Shown: positions 26,083 through 38,275 of the stretch, piece after piece
How positions within the stretch are numbered: position 1 is the stretch's first letter
How the letters are laid out: every line of letters begins with the position of its first letter
Notes under the pieces: model-generated
Database searches by the model: none
Told to the model about the DNA's origin: nothing
What the model saw: only the letters and a program-made list of their open reading frames with translations
Sequence record: NC_028829.1
Length of the DNA: 64,000 nucleotides
Reading direction: 5' to 3' (one strand)
Translations under genes and position numbers: made by a program

Positions 26083-27180
26083 ATGAAAGCGAAAATGAAC
26101 TTGATGCAAAAATACATTGTCGGGGGTGCAGTACGCGACTCCATACTGAAGCACGTAGATGGTTGGTCTAGCTTCCCGAAAGATATTGATTACGTCGTCA
26201 CTGGTTGTACACACGAACAAATGATGTCTATGTACGGTGAACCAATCGGCGTTGATTTCCCTGTTTGGCTCGATAAAGACAACAATGAAGTCGCGCTTGC
26301 TCGTGTAGAGCGTAGCACTGGCGGTAAAACCACTGACTTCACTTTCACAACTGAAGGTGTCACGTTAGAAGATGACTTATCACGACGAGATCTGACTATC
26401 AACTCGATGGCTATTCCTGACATGACGCCAAATAGTCTGTTTATGTTTGGGTCTACTGATGATGTAATCGACCCGTACGGCGGTCTAGATGACTTGAAGA
26501 ACAAGATTCTCCGTCATACAACTGAAGCGTTTGCCGAAGACCCGTTGCGTGTTCTGCGCGTCGCTCGTTTCTATGCTCGATACTACAGCATGGGATTCAC
26601 AGTCGCAGAAGAGACAGTTGATCTATGCAAGAAAATGATCAACGACGGTATGCTTGAGAATCTACCGAAAGAACGTGTTTGGCTTGAAACACAAAAAGCA
26701 CTGTCAGAGAAAGACGCGCACATGTACTTTGTGTTTCTAAGTCAGATTGGGTTCTCACCGAGACCATATGCACATGAGATTCATTCTCTCCGACACTTCA
26801 GACGAATGCCGTTTCACTGTGAAGATGATCAGTTGATGGCAAAATGGGCTGCGTTAAACCGTCGCCGACGTTTCGGGTCATACTTCGGTGAAACTAAGAA
26901 ATTCAGAAAGGCATCTGAGATTCTAATGAAGTTGGAATATGCAAGTGTTTTTGATGAAACAATCATTTTAATTCTCGAAACAATAGGCGCATACAAAGGG
27001 CATCTACCATTTCAAGTTGCACTTTCTCAGATCACAGATGAAGTTAAACGAAATGTAATCACTGAAATAATCGACTTAACTCGAAATGTCAAAGTTGACG
27101 TTGAACCGGGACCTGCATACGGCGAAGCTCTAACAGATGAACGTGTTAATATAGCCTACAAATATTTGCATAGTCTATAA
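26083..27180 (+). CDS. cca: tRNA nucleotidyltransferase (class II CCA-adding enzyme)
   Basis: VGGAVRD, DIDYVV, DLSRRDLTINSMA, DPYGG..DL, EDPLRVLRVARF; GGAG RBS before 26083. Confidence 0.95.
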   Translation: MKAKMNLMQKYIVGGAVRDSILKHVDGWSSFPKDIDYVVTGCTHEQMMSMYGEPIGVDFPVWLDKDNNEVALARVERSTGGKTTDFTFTTEGVTLEDDLSRRDLTINSMAIPDMTPNSLFMFGSTDDVIDPYGGLDDLKNKILRHTTEAFAEDPLRVLRVARFYARYYSMGFTVAEETVDLCKKMINDGMLENLPKERVWLETQKALSEKDAHMYFVFLSQIGFSPRPYAHEIHSLRHFRRMPFHCEDDQLMAKWAALNRRRRFGSYFGETKKFRKASEILMKLEYASVFDETIILILETIGAYKGHLPFQVALSQITDEVKRNVITEIIDLTRNVKVDVEPGPAYGEALTDERVNIAYKYLHSL

Positions 27181-27184
27181 ACGC

Positions 27185-27211
27185 AAAAAGGGACTCCGAA
27201 GAGTCCCTTTT
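27185..27211. terminator. Bidirectional terminator between cca and gene 23
   Basis: GGGACTC-TTCG-GAGTCCC-T5 on the minus strand; T4 run on the plus strand. Confidence 0.92.
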
Positions 27212-27236
27212 GTTGTCTGTTTCAATTAAGAGTCTA

Positions 27237-28781
27237 TTATAGACCCTTAACGAATACACGACGGAAGTAAGCGTTTTTACCCATTGAAGCTGCAACAGGC
27301 GCGCCGTTACCAACTTTTTCAGCAGACTTAGTAGGATCTGCGAATGGGTTAACTTGAATACCGTAACGAGTTTTGAAACCAATTACAGGTTGGAAGTTCT
27401 TGCTGTCTGAACCACGTAGTGGAGTCAGCGGTACGTAAGGTGAGTAGAACACACCAGCGTCCATTTCAGTAGAACCTTTGAAACCAACTGTGAAGTAATC
27501 GTTCACTGCGTATTGGTCGATGAACACTTTGAAGCGACCACCTAGAACACCCGCGAACACAGTTTGGTTTGTGTCAGTGTTCATTGAACCGTCTTGCATA
27601 CCTTGTGCAGCAGGGCCAACAAGAGTATCAGTCATTGATAGTGCAGAAACTACGTTGCGTGATGCAATGATGAAGTTACCGTTACCACGACCAGTTTGAC
27701 GACCGATTTCGTTCGCTTCTTTCTCAATTTGAATTAGTAGAGCTTTGTAAGCTTCACCAGCCCAACGAGCACCTTTAACGTCTACAGCGTCTGCGAAGTC
27801 GAATACACCCGCTGCGCCTTGACCTTGAGTCCAACCAGACTTACCGATTTGCGCTTGAGAGTTAACTAGGTTAACGATTTCGCGGTTAAGCTCAACCATA
27901 ACTTCGTTAGCAAGAATACCGCTAAGTTCAGCGTCAGCGTCTAGACCGTGTACAGCACGTAGATCTTGTGCAAGCTCGATTGAGTATTGAGCTTTCAATT
28001 GACGTGATTTCGCTTCAACAACTTGTTTGTCGATGCGGAATGACATCTCGTTCCACTCGTTGTTGCTTGAACCGTTGAAGTTCTCTTGTAGTTCAGCCTG
28101 AGATGTTGCCATACCAGCGTCGATCTCAACTAGAAGACCACCTGCAACTGCGTCAGTGTATTCTGTAGCAGTCATTTCACCTGCAACTGCTAGAGTAACA
28201 GCGCCAAGTGCTAGGAAGTAACGAGTGTCAACGTCGCCACCAGAAGTAGTTACTTCAGCTTTGTACGGAGTACCGTCAGTTGCAGCACCAGTAGTTGGGA
28301 AATCTGCAATTGTTGATGCAGCAGCTTGACCAGAGAACGAAGCGTCAGCTTGACGAGTCGGGTGGAAAGCTTCTTTACCAGTTAGCGGGTCTTTACCGTA
28401 TACTGAGCGAAGTGTGAATACTTGGCTAGTTGGGCCAGTCATTGGCTGAACACCAGCGATATCGAATGCGATAAGCTGAGGAATAGCACGACGAACCATA
28501 CCCATTACAGTTGGACCGATGTTTGTTACTGCACCAGTAGTAACACCTTGAGCGATGTTAGACGGATCGTAACCATGGTCACCGTTAACTACAGCTTCGT
28601 TTAGACCAGCATTGAATGCTTCGATTAGCTGTGGGTCACGGTACATTGGATCGTTGTTGATGTCGCGATCTTGGTTTTCAAAGATTTTCGACATGATTTT
28701 TTGCTTAGTTGCAGTCGCAATCTCTGGCATTTCCGCACCGTCTGCTTCAAGCAATTCTTTCCATTTTTCAGTTAGGTTCAT
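27237..28781 (-). CDS. 23: Major capsid protein gp23
   Basis: NE|AVVNGDHGYD, VRRAIPQLIAFDIAGVQPM, SRQLKAQYSIELAQDLRAVHG, GFKTRYG. Confidence 0.99.
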   Translation of the reverse strand: MNLTEKWKELLEADGAEMPEIATATKQKIMSKIFENQDRDINNDPMYRDPQLIEAFNAGLNEAVVNGDHGYDPSNIAQGVTTGAVTNIGPTVMGMVRRAIPQLIAFDIAGVQPMTGPTSQVFTLRSVYGKDPLTGKEAFHPTRQADASFSGQAAASTIADFPTTGAATDGTPYKAEVTTSGGDVDTRYFLALGAVTLAVAGEMTATEYTDAVAGGLLVEIDAGMATSQAELQENFNGSSNNEWNEMSFRIDKQVVEAKSRQLKAQYSIELAQDLRAVHGLDADAELSGILANEVMVELNREIVNLVNSQAQIGKSGWTQGQGAAGVFDFADAVDVKGARWAGEAYKALLIQIEKEANEIGRQTGRGNGNFIIASRNVVSALSMTDTLVGPAAQGMQDGSMNTDTNQTVFAGVLGGRFKVFIDQYAVNDYFTVGFKGSTEMDAGVFYSPYVPLTPLRGSDSKNFQPVIGFKTRYGIQVNPFADPTKSAEKVGNGAPVAASMGKNAYFRRVFVKGL

Positions 28782-28819
28782 TTGAATGATTCCTTAATTT
28801 GTTCTAAAATTTATAGATG

Positions 28820-28827
28820 TATTTATA
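28820..28827 (-). promoter_or_regulatory. Late promoter TATAAATA (gene 23)
   Basis: Exact T4 late consensus. Confidence 0.85.
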
Positions 28828-28851
28828 TAACGCTTTTTGACGTTTTATTGC

Positions 28852-29700
28852 TTATCGATTAGTACGAGCAGCTTTCAAGTATGCAGCCATAGATGGTACT
28901 GCGGATTCTTTCATATCTTTGTCGTCTTTCTTGTCAGCGTCGTCTTCACCGTCTTTTTTATCAGCCGGTTTTTTGTCGTCATCACTTGGCATATCTTCTT
29001 TCTCAGCAAGTTTGATGCCTGATGCGAACTTGATAACACTATTTAGATTGTCTTCAAAGTTCTCGTCGAAGCGAATTGATTCAGCTAGGTCAGAAACTTT
29101 CTCTTTTTGAGAGTCAGCCATACCAGCAGTCACGCGCTCGATGATGATATTTTTTTCTACGTAGTTAGCGTATTCTTTGTGTTGACGGTTCTCGATAACA
29201 ACTGTATCTAGACGACCTTCAAGATCTTGAATGTTTTCTTCAAGAGCTTCGATCATGTCGATCTTCTCGTCTGGGCAGTGAACGTTGTTCTCAATGAATA
29301 CATTCTTCATGCCTTCCATCAACCCGTCGAACATTGAAACTTTTAGACCGTTTTCAACAGCTAGTTTGTTTTCAGTCATCCATGTTTCAACAACGTGGTC
29401 TAGATATGAATCTAGTTTATTCGACATTTGCTCTGCTAGATGTTCACCGTATTTTTCAGCGGCTTCATCAAGCTCTGCTTTGTGTTCGTTGATTACTGCT
29501 TCTGCCTTTTCAGCAGCTTCAGCGATATGTGCTTCAGCAAGCTCAACGGCTTTAGTTTTGATTACACTTTCGAAAACAGTGCTGAACTTATTACGAACAT
29601 CTTCGGAAAGTTCAACTGATTCAAAAATGCCATCCAAAGCAGTAGTGATTTTTGCATCGTCTTGCGATACAGCTTCAAGTAGTTGCTCTTTGATTTGCAT
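28852..29700 (-). CDS. 22: Prohead core scaffold gp22
   Basis: Acidic coiled coil; YLDHVVETWMTENKLAVENGLK; synteny. Confidence 0.93.
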   Translation of the reverse strand: MQIKEQLLEAVSQDDAKITTALDGIFESVELSEDVRNKFSTVFESVIKTKAVELAEAHIAEAAEKAEAVINEHKAELDEAAEKYGEHLAEQMSNKLDSYLDHVVETWMTENKLAVENGLKVSMFDGLMEGMKNVFIENNVHCPDEKIDMIEALEENIQDLEGRLDTVVIENRQHKEYANYVEKNIIIERVTAGMADSQKEKVSDLAESIRFDENFEDNLNSVIKFASGIKLAEKEDMPSDDDKKPADKKDGEDDADKKDDKDMKESAVPSMAAYLKAARTNR

Positions 29701-29729
29701 CTTCTTCAATTCCTTAAATATGTTTTATA

Positions 29730-29737
29730 TATTTATA
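29730..29737 (-). promoter_or_regulatory. Late promoter TATAAATA (gene 22), overlapping the gene 21 stop
   Basis: Exact consensus. Confidence 0.8.
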
Positions 29738-30374
29738 AGAGAGTTTTTAACGTTTCCGCTAGTTTCGCAAATTCAGCGTCATTACTTTCTGTAATTTCTT
29801 CTGTTTTTACTGACTTAGCAGCTTCATTTGACTCAGTTACTGGTTTAACGTAAGCAGCAGGTGCACTAGGACCCCACACTACATCAACGCCTACTGTAAG
29901 ACGGAAATCTTGCACTTCGTTGATGCCGTCAACTTGCTTAACTGAACCAAGACCTCTTGAACTCACGCCCGGTACCCAACCACCTTCGATTAGACCTCGA
30001 ACTATTTGTCCCTTCGGTGTATTTAGTACGATAGCTTTACCCATTACGTTATCGCCGTCCCACCACAACTCAGTAATTCGAATCGCAGCTTCAGCGGGGT
30101 CAACGTTTGAACGACTTGGGTGATTAAGCTCGCCCAACGCTTGATTCGTGTTGACTTGTTCTTTCATGTATTTAGATACAGCATTTTCCATGACTTTTTT
30201 CGGGTATCGACGACCATTACGGTTTACGACATTCGATTGCATGAAAATACCTTCGATGTACAAGTCACCGCCCTTTTCCGTGGGCATTTTCGCTTCAACA
30301 AGAGGCTTTTCACCGAAGCTATCAGCGCAACCGCTAGATAAACCCCAGTCTTCAATTAAGAGTTGTAATTCCAT
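29733..30374 (-). CDS. 21: Prohead protease gp21
   Basis: LYIEGIFMQ, NRNGRRYP, ALGELNHP, GVSSRGLG. Confidence 0.97.
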   Translation of the reverse strand: MELQLLIEDWGLSSGCADSFGEKPLVEAKMPTEKGGDLYIEGIFMQSNVVNRNGRRYPKKVMENAVSKYMKEQVNTNQALGELNHPSRSNVDPAEAAIRITELWWDGDNVMGKAIVLNTPKGQIVRGLIEGGWVPGVSSRGLGSVKQVDGINEVQDFRLTVGVDVVWGPSAPAAYVKPVTESNEAAKSVKTEEITESNDAEFAKLAETLKTLL

Positions 30375-30376
30375 AA

Positions 30377-30868
30377 TTAAAGCCCCATTTGTTGACGCTT
30401 CTTCATCGACTTCTTACGCAATTTTTTTGCTTTACGATCTGCACTAGTGCCTTTCATACGCTTGCGTGTTTTAGCCGCTTTTCGCGCTGTTTTTTGTCTC
30501 TTCGATTTACTTAGACCAGTTGTTTGAGTCGCTTTTCGCGCTCTGGTTTTTCGGTCTTTGCGCTTCGTAATTAAACTACCGCCAGCTTTTTTGTTAGCAA
30601 TAGAAACTTGCTTAACTAGCTTTTCGGAAAGTTCGAATTTTTCACACGCTTCATCGATTGATAACCCGTCTTCAAGAGAACTTAGCACGTCAAGTACAAC
30701 TTCAACTTCGTTCGTGATGTCTTTATTGCTGTGAACGCCGATATCTTCAGCTTCAGCAAACGCTTTGATAGTGTCGCTGATATCTTGGCGATCTAACTGA
30801 CCACCAAGAACTGCTTCTACCAAATCTTCGACGATTTTCTCTTGAACGGCTTCGGAAATGAACTTCAT
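30377..30868 (-). CDS. 68: Prohead core protein gp68
   Basis: Basic C-terminus (TTGLSKSKRQ...ARKAAKT); synteny 20-67-68-21. Confidence 0.88.
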   Translation of the reverse strand: MKFISEAVQEKIVEDLVEAVLGGQLDRQDISDTIKAFAEAEDIGVHSNKDITNEVEVVLDVLSSLEDGLSIDEACEKFELSEKLVKQVSIANKKAGGSLITKRKDRKTRARKATQTTGLSKSKRQKTARKAAKTRKRMKGTSADRKAKKLRKKSMKKRQQMGL

Positions 30869-31036
30869 TTAGTCCTCCTGATTGATTTCACCGTCTACTG
30901 TAATTGAACGACCAAGTTCTTGCTTCATGTCGTCAATACGCGCCGCTACACGCTGACCGATTTCTTGGCGAAATTGAGATTCAAAATCTGCCAATTTACC
31001 GTCTCGTGCCGCTGCTACCATTGTTTCTAAGCTCAT
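30869..31036 (-). CDS. 67: Prohead core protein gp67 (55 aa); absent from the ORF track
   Basis: MSLETMVAAARDGKLADFESQF..., translated by hand; GAGG RBS; fills the gap between 20 and 68. Confidence 0.8.
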   Translation of the reverse strand: MSLETMVAAARDGKLADFESQFRQEIGQRVAARIDDMKQELGRSITVDGEINQED

Positions 31037-31049
31037 TATGTGCTACCTC

Positions 31050-32600
31050 TTAAAATCCGTGATCGTCTTGTTGGAACCTTGGGTTTGTCTCTTCTTCGTC
31101 AATCTCACTCTGCATAGCAGTGATTTGATCGTCAGACAAACGTAAAATGTTCTTCTGAATGTATTTATGACTGTAATATTTGCCCGCGTACTCTTGCACG
31201 TCGCGCATTGCGTTCATACGACTATTTAGAATCTCTAATTCCTTAGCTTCTTCAAAATACGAGTCTTGGTTGAAAACAACATACAGTTTTTCGTGGTTTG
31301 CATCCCACTCTTCTTCTGTTATGATGTTATTTACAATCAACTGATGTTTTAACGGGTCAGTGATTACAGTTTCGAATTTCGTCTGCAAACGCTTAACGAA
31401 TTTCGTGAATTTCAGCTCATCACGCGAAATTTCAGTGCCTTGACCGAAGTTGATACCACCATTTTGATCTTCTGTCGCTGCGCGTGATGTAGGAATACGC
31501 ATCGCTTTGTACAACTTACGATTGAAGTACAGAACGTCTTCGATGTCACCAAGTGACTGACCGCCAGGTAGTGTGCTTACTTCTGTACCCTTCGAACCTT
31601 CTCGGCGAGGAAGATAGTAATCTTCAAGCATTGACATTGCGTTAGTCGTATTCTTGACTTTACCTGTTGATGTATCATACACAATGCGGTTTTTAACGTT
31701 TTGCATGATGCCGTTTACGTATTGCTGTGCTTTCTGAGTTGGCAAGTTACCTACGTCAACATAAAACACTCGACGTTCAGGTGCACGTGCTAGACGGTAT
31801 ATTACCAATGCGTCTTCTAGCATCTTCAACTGGTTCGCAGGTTTAATTGCGCGATCTAAGTAGCCGATAATATACGGCTCGTCAGCACATCCCTTCATTA
31901 ACCCGCTGTGAGCAAATACGATAGCATCTTTCGGAATTCTGAATGATGATTGTGAGCGAGAAGAACCACTCATCCATGACGGCATTTTGTAATCAGATTG
32001 CTTGTAAACGTAATACTCAAGCGTGCCCTTTACAACTTCAACACCATCAATAGTCTCTTTTTGAATTTCGCGAACTAGTTCCATTTTTGTCGGGTCTAGT
32101 GGGCGCAACTCAATGATATTATCTTCTTTGTCTAGAATTTTGTGAAAGTAGATTCGAGAATCAACGTACCATTTTCGAAACCACTTGTAGCCGTGCTTAC
32201 GCATCTGTAGTAAGCCAACCACTCGATCAAATTCTTCGTTAATTTTAGTCTTGATATTTTCTGAGAAGTCAGTGTTGTCTAAGTTCAACCACACAACTTC
32301 TTTATCGTTTTCATAAACGATAGCTTCATCGACGATTTCTTGAATAGCATCATCGACTTCGTGATATTCTGCTAGTGCTCGATATCCCTTTATCAACTCT
32401 TTTACGGGTACTGTCCCTTGAGCAGATTGACCGTCAGTCGGGATAAAGTTAGTTCCCATTTGAGGTGCTAATAAGTTAGTATGAATCTCTTTAGCACCAT
32501 CTACGTTATCTGGCGCAGAAAACGAACGAACAGGGTTTTTATCGATTTGTTGTATTTCCTGTTCTTCTTCTTTCGCCCAGAATTTCATAAACTCTAACAT
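31050..32600 (-). CDS. 20: Portal protein gp20
   Basis: FRKWYVDSR, LEDALVIYRLARAPERRVFYVDVG, EDYYLPRREG. Confidence 0.98.
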   Translation of the reverse strand: MLEFMKFWAKEEEQEIQQIDKNPVRSFSAPDNVDGAKEIHTNLLAPQMGTNFIPTDGQSAQGTVPVKELIKGYRALAEYHEVDDAIQEIVDEAIVYENDKEVVWLNLDNTDFSENIKTKINEEFDRVVGLLQMRKHGYKWFRKWYVDSRIYFHKILDKEDNIIELRPLDPTKMELVREIQKETIDGVEVVKGTLEYYVYKQSDYKMPSWMSGSSRSQSSFRIPKDAIVFAHSGLMKGCADEPYIIGYLDRAIKPANQLKMLEDALVIYRLARAPERRVFYVDVGNLPTQKAQQYVNGIMQNVKNRIVYDTSTGKVKNTTNAMSMLEDYYLPRREGSKGTEVSTLPGGQSLGDIEDVLYFNRKLYKAMRIPTSRAATEDQNGGINFGQGTEISRDELKFTKFVKRLQTKFETVITDPLKHQLIVNNIITEEEWDANHEKLYVVFNQDSYFEEAKELEILNSRMNAMRDVQEYAGKYYSHKYIQKNILRLSDDQITAMQSEIDEEETNPRFQQDDHGF

Positions 32601-32616
32601 ATTTTTACCTCAATAA

Positions 32617-32634
32617 AGGGGCAATTAAGCCCCT
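32617..32634 (-). terminator. Hairpin or terminator after gene 19
   Basis: AGGGGC-TTAATT-GCCCCT then TT; same stem-loop sequence as the gene 32 terminator. Confidence 0.7.
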
Positions 32635-32639
32635 AGTCT

Positions 32640-33140
32640 TTAGTCCATTGTGAAGTAGTCTAGGCTGAATGTTACTTCAAACGTTTCGATTTCGTTGTTT
32701 GAGTCCCAATCAAGCGCAACTTCACCGACCATTGTTGGGAAGATACCGAATACAGTTGCTGAAGTAGTCGGGTCGCCATTACGGTCTAATTGCGTGATTG
32801 TACCAGTACGCTTGTACTGATCTGGCGTCTCACCTGAAATGTCTTTACCTAAGCCTACTGCACGAGCTTGCCATGCCAAGATAGCTTTACGAATGTCGTG
32901 ATTCTCATCATTGTAAACCGTAACGTTCCAATCATCGAAAGTACGATCACCTGCGATGTTGTATTTACGGTTCTGATATGAGACCTCAAGCTTTTCAACG
33001 CTGCCCGGTGGCATAGAAGAAGCTCGACATTGGAATTTAAAATTTTGTCCCAGATACGGAATCTCAACTTCGAACAAGTTTGGACGAGCGAAATCACCGT
33101 TACTGAAAGCTCTTTTAATGTTGTCTACATTAAGTGCCAT
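32640..33140 (-). CDS. 19: Tail tube protein gp19
   Basis: FARPNLFEVEIP, AGDRTFDDW, EVALDWD. Confidence 0.97.
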   Translation of the reverse strand: MALNVDNIKRAFSNGDFARPNLFEVEIPYLGQNFKFQCRASSMPPGSVEKLEVSYQNRKYNIAGDRTFDDWNVTVYNDENHDIRKAILAWQARAVGLGKDISGETPDQYKRTGTITQLDRNGDPTTSATVFGIFPTMVGEVALDWDSNNEIETFEVTFSLDYFTMD

Positions 33141-33155
33141 TTTCTCTTACCTTAT

Positions 33156-33180
33156 TATTTAGAGGGGCTAAAAAGCCCCT
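33156..33180 (-). promoter_or_regulatory. Hairpin AGGGGCT-TTTT-AGCCCCT abutting the late promoter TCTAAATA of gene 19
   Basis: Read from sequence. Confidence 0.65.
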
Positions 33181-33191
33181 CGTGATTGCTC

Positions 33192-35207
33192 TTAGCCGAT
33201 GATTTCTGCAAAGTCAGCGTCAGTTGACGTTGCTACGAAGTTCAGCGTAATGTAGTTGATTGACTTAGCAGGTTTCACGTAGATACTTGCTACAAACTCG
33301 TTTCTGTCGATGACAGACCCTGGGTTGTTTGTCTCATCACATACAACACGGAAATCGTAAATACCGCCTAGATCTTGAATGTTAGTCAAGTAAGCGTCGA
33401 TTTCTGATTTGAAGCTTGAGCGTGTGAACTCATCGTTCAATTCGAATAGACGATACTTAGCAGCATCTGAGATCGCTTTCTTCAGCAAGTTAAACAGACG
33501 ACGCACGTTAATGCGATCAAATGCACTTGCTTGCTGTGTAGCAGTCTTATCACCGTATAGTACGAAGCCTTGACCTGCAAAGCCCACTACAGGGTTAATA
33601 CCGATTTGATATAGCGCATCACGGTGAGCACGACGTAGATCAACTGCTAGACGGTTTACGCCCTTGATTTGACCACGATTGAAGCCCGCTGGTGACATCC
33701 AAGGTTGAGAAACTTGGTCAGTATAAGCACATAGACCTGCAATATCACCCGCTAGAGGAACCCAACGATTGCGATCTGAGTACTTGTCGTACTGATACTT
33801 ATAGTTACCGTCAACCACTGCATAAGTCGTGCTTACGTTTAGATTGTCAGTTACAGGTTGACCGTTAGTCGGGTCGATACCCGTGCGCCAGCCTTGAATA
33901 TTCGCTACTGCAACATGCGCTTGTTTGTTGATTACGTGAACACCCGGTGGCGATACGAAAACAACACAGTCTTGACGTACATTACCGACTGAGTCAATCG
34001 CGTATTTTTGAACAGTCGATGCAATTGATAGTTCTTCTGCCGCAGCATTACCCGCAATGATCAAGTTTGTGTAAAGAACTTCTGGGTCAGATAGCATATC
34101 TAGACCAAGCATCCAGTCGTCTGCGCCAGCGTTAGCGTCGTAACCACCACCAAGATTGTATGCACCTGAGCCAGTATTCCAACCTTCTGCAATCGCAGTG
34201 ATGTACGCAGAACCGCTATTTTCAAAGTACTCGTCGATGAAAATAGATTGACCGTTCACGTCTTTGTCACCTGGGTTCGTAGAAACGATGAACGCTTCTT
34301 CAACTTCACCAGATACGCGAACAATTACAGCGTATTGGTTGCTGTTTGCAGGGCCGAAAGTGAAGTAACTAGCTAGGTTGATTGAACGAGTACCACCATC
34401 TGGGTAGATTGGTAGATCGATATCGCCTAGTGTATGACCAGCCGCGAATGCAAATGCAGTCTGATAGTCGGAGTAGTTAATCACTTCAACAGAAATGTTG
34501 TCACCATAGCTACCAACATAACGTGCAGCAATACGAGAGAAACCTTGCTTCTCGATTAGATCAGCGTATTTCAATGCACCGCCTTCAGTTTCAATCTCTG
34601 TTAACGCACCTGTTGACAATTCGATATTAGGGAAGTATACTGAACCAGTATCAATAATTTCAATCGCAGAAAGTGCAATATCACCTTGAGTTGGTTGTAG
34701 TGTAACTGTACCCACGCCCGGGTAGTTCCCGTCAGCTTTAGCAGCCGCAACGATCTCTGCCGAAGGCAAGAAAATCTTAGTTGCTGCGTTGTTGTTACCC
34801 GCATCTACTTCAAGTACTTTACCCTTTTCAGTAAGCGAACCAACACCTGAGTAAGTAATCGTGATTTCATCACCAACAACACAGCCGTTTGATGCACCTA
34901 GAGTGTATTCAACAGCGTTGTATAATGCAGTCGCGTTCTGAGCACTTGACTCATCACAGATACGCACTAGACGTAGATCGTTACCATACTTCAAGAAGTT
35001 GTTCGCAGTCATGAATGATGCTGCGGTATAGTCGTTTGGACGACCGAAAATAGTAACCAAGTCGGACTCTGAAGTTACTTGAGTGATGCTGTATGCTGGA
35101 CCCCACTCAAATTTCCCCACCATAGCAGCACGCCCTGTAGACGCACGACCGATAGCACTTGCAAGGTTAATCTCTTTATTTTCGACACCCGGAGATAAAA
35201 GAGTCAT
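33192..35207 (-). CDS. 18: Tail sheath protein gp18
   Basis: LLSPGVE.KE, WMSPAGFNRG, FDRINVRRLF, KPAKSINYI. Confidence 0.98.
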   Translation of the reverse strand: MTLLSPGVENKEINLASAIGRASTGRAAMVGKFEWGPAYSITQVTSESDLVTIFGRPNDYTAASFMTANNFLKYGNDLRLVRICDESSAQNATALYNAVEYTLGASNGCVVGDEITITYSGVGSLTEKGKVLEVDAGNNNAATKIFLPSAEIVAAAKADGNYPGVGTVTLQPTQGDIALSAIEIIDTGSVYFPNIELSTGALTEIETEGGALKYADLIEKQGFSRIAARYVGSYGDNISVEVINYSDYQTAFAFAAGHTLGDIDLPIYPDGGTRSINLASYFTFGPANSNQYAVIVRVSGEVEEAFIVSTNPGDKDVNGQSIFIDEYFENSGSAYITAIAEGWNTGSGAYNLGGGYDANAGADDWMLGLDMLSDPEVLYTNLIIAGNAAAEELSIASTVQKYAIDSVGNVRQDCVVFVSPPGVHVINKQAHVAVANIQGWRTGIDPTNGQPVTDNLNVSTTYAVVDGNYKYQYDKYSDRNRWVPLAGDIAGLCAYTDQVSQPWMSPAGFNRGQIKGVNRLAVDLRRAHRDALYQIGINPVVGFAGQGFVLYGDKTATQQASAFDRINVRRLFNLLKKAISDAAKYRLFELNDEFTRSSFKSEIDAYLTNIQDLGGIYDFRVVCDETNNPGSVIDRNEFVASIYVKPAKSINYITLNFVATSTDADFAEIIG

Positions 35208-35244
35208 TTATTTTTCCTTACCATTAAGTTGTTTGTTCATTTAA

Positions 35245-35252
35245 TATTTATA
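35245..35252 (-). promoter_or_regulatory. Late promoter TATAAATA (gene 18)
   Basis: Exact consensus. Confidence 0.85.
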
Positions 35253-35253
35253 A

Positions 35254-37564
<2,311 letters not shown>

Positions 37565-37576
37565 ACGTTCCTCTCT

Positions 37577-37598
37577 AAAACGCTCTGTGAGCGTTTTT
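37577..37598. terminator. Hairpin AAAACGCTC-TGT-GAGCGTTTT just upstream of the gene 16 RBS
   Basis: Perfect 9-bp stem. Confidence 0.55.
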
Positions 37599-37674
37599 CA
37601 ATAATATGAGTACAAACACTCAATACAATAGACAAACGCTGCGTACGTTAAGCACACAGCGATATAAACAGGTA

Positions 37675-38223
37675 TTAAGCGTCAGTGTCTCCACGAACAG
37701 TAATAGTTGCAGCTTCTAATGCTGCCGCTGCACCTGCATTGATAGTACGTCTAACCCAAATTGCTCGATATTCGCCTGCTGCTAAATTACCGATATCAAG
37801 CCCAGATTCGAATGTCGAATGTTCACCGAATATAACTGTTGACAATTCAGTACCCGAATCAACTTCGTCATCTAGAGTGATAAGCGAATCAACGCCGTTA
37901 AGCGCCACTGGGTCTAGACCTAGCTCGATAGTAGAATCTGCCGATGCTGTATTGGCAGACATATACACCATTGCATCATACAAAGTTAGCGATGGGTGGT
38001 TATTTTTGACGTAAATTAAGCGATACTCAACACGACCTGAAGAAGCTTCAGATGAAGGTACCGCATCGAAAAGATCATGAACTTGACCTGAAACTAGCTC
38101 GGTAGCACTGATACCACCACCCAGTGAATCAACTTCTTGATCGTTTGTGTTGCCGTTTCCCGGCGAAGCCGCAACTACGTGCAGACTTTTATTAAATCTT
38201 AAATCACCTGTTACGATAGGCAT
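37675..38223 (-). CDS. Hypothetical virion-like protein inserted between genes 15 and 16 (182 aa, beta-rich)
   Basis: Own late promoter and GGAG RBS; SLGGGIS...DLFD.V...VEYR.IYVKN...AIWVRRT pattern. Confidence 0.8.
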   Translation of the reverse strand: MPIVTGDLRFNKSLHVVAASPGNGNTNDQEVDSLGGGISATELVSGQVHDLFDAVPSSEASSGRVEYRLIYVKNNHPSLTLYDAMVYMSANTASADSTIELGLDPVALNGVDSLITLDDEVDSGTELSTVIFGEHSTFESGLDIGNLAAGEYRAIWVRRTINAGAAAALEAATITVRGDTDA

Positions 38224-38248
38224 GATTTCTCTCCAAAAAGATAAGGAC

Positions 38249-38269
38249 GGTCTTCATATTTAGAAGACC
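38249..38269 (-). promoter_or_regulatory. Late promoter TCTAAATA (38257-38264) inside the inverted repeat GGTCTTC/GAAGACC
   Basis: Read from sequence. Confidence 0.6.
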
Positions 38270-38275
38270 ACCATA

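Noticed and set aside
27181-27236. Loss of vertex gene 24
   Set aside because: It is absent here but may be encoded elsewhere in the genome; there is no evidence of true loss.
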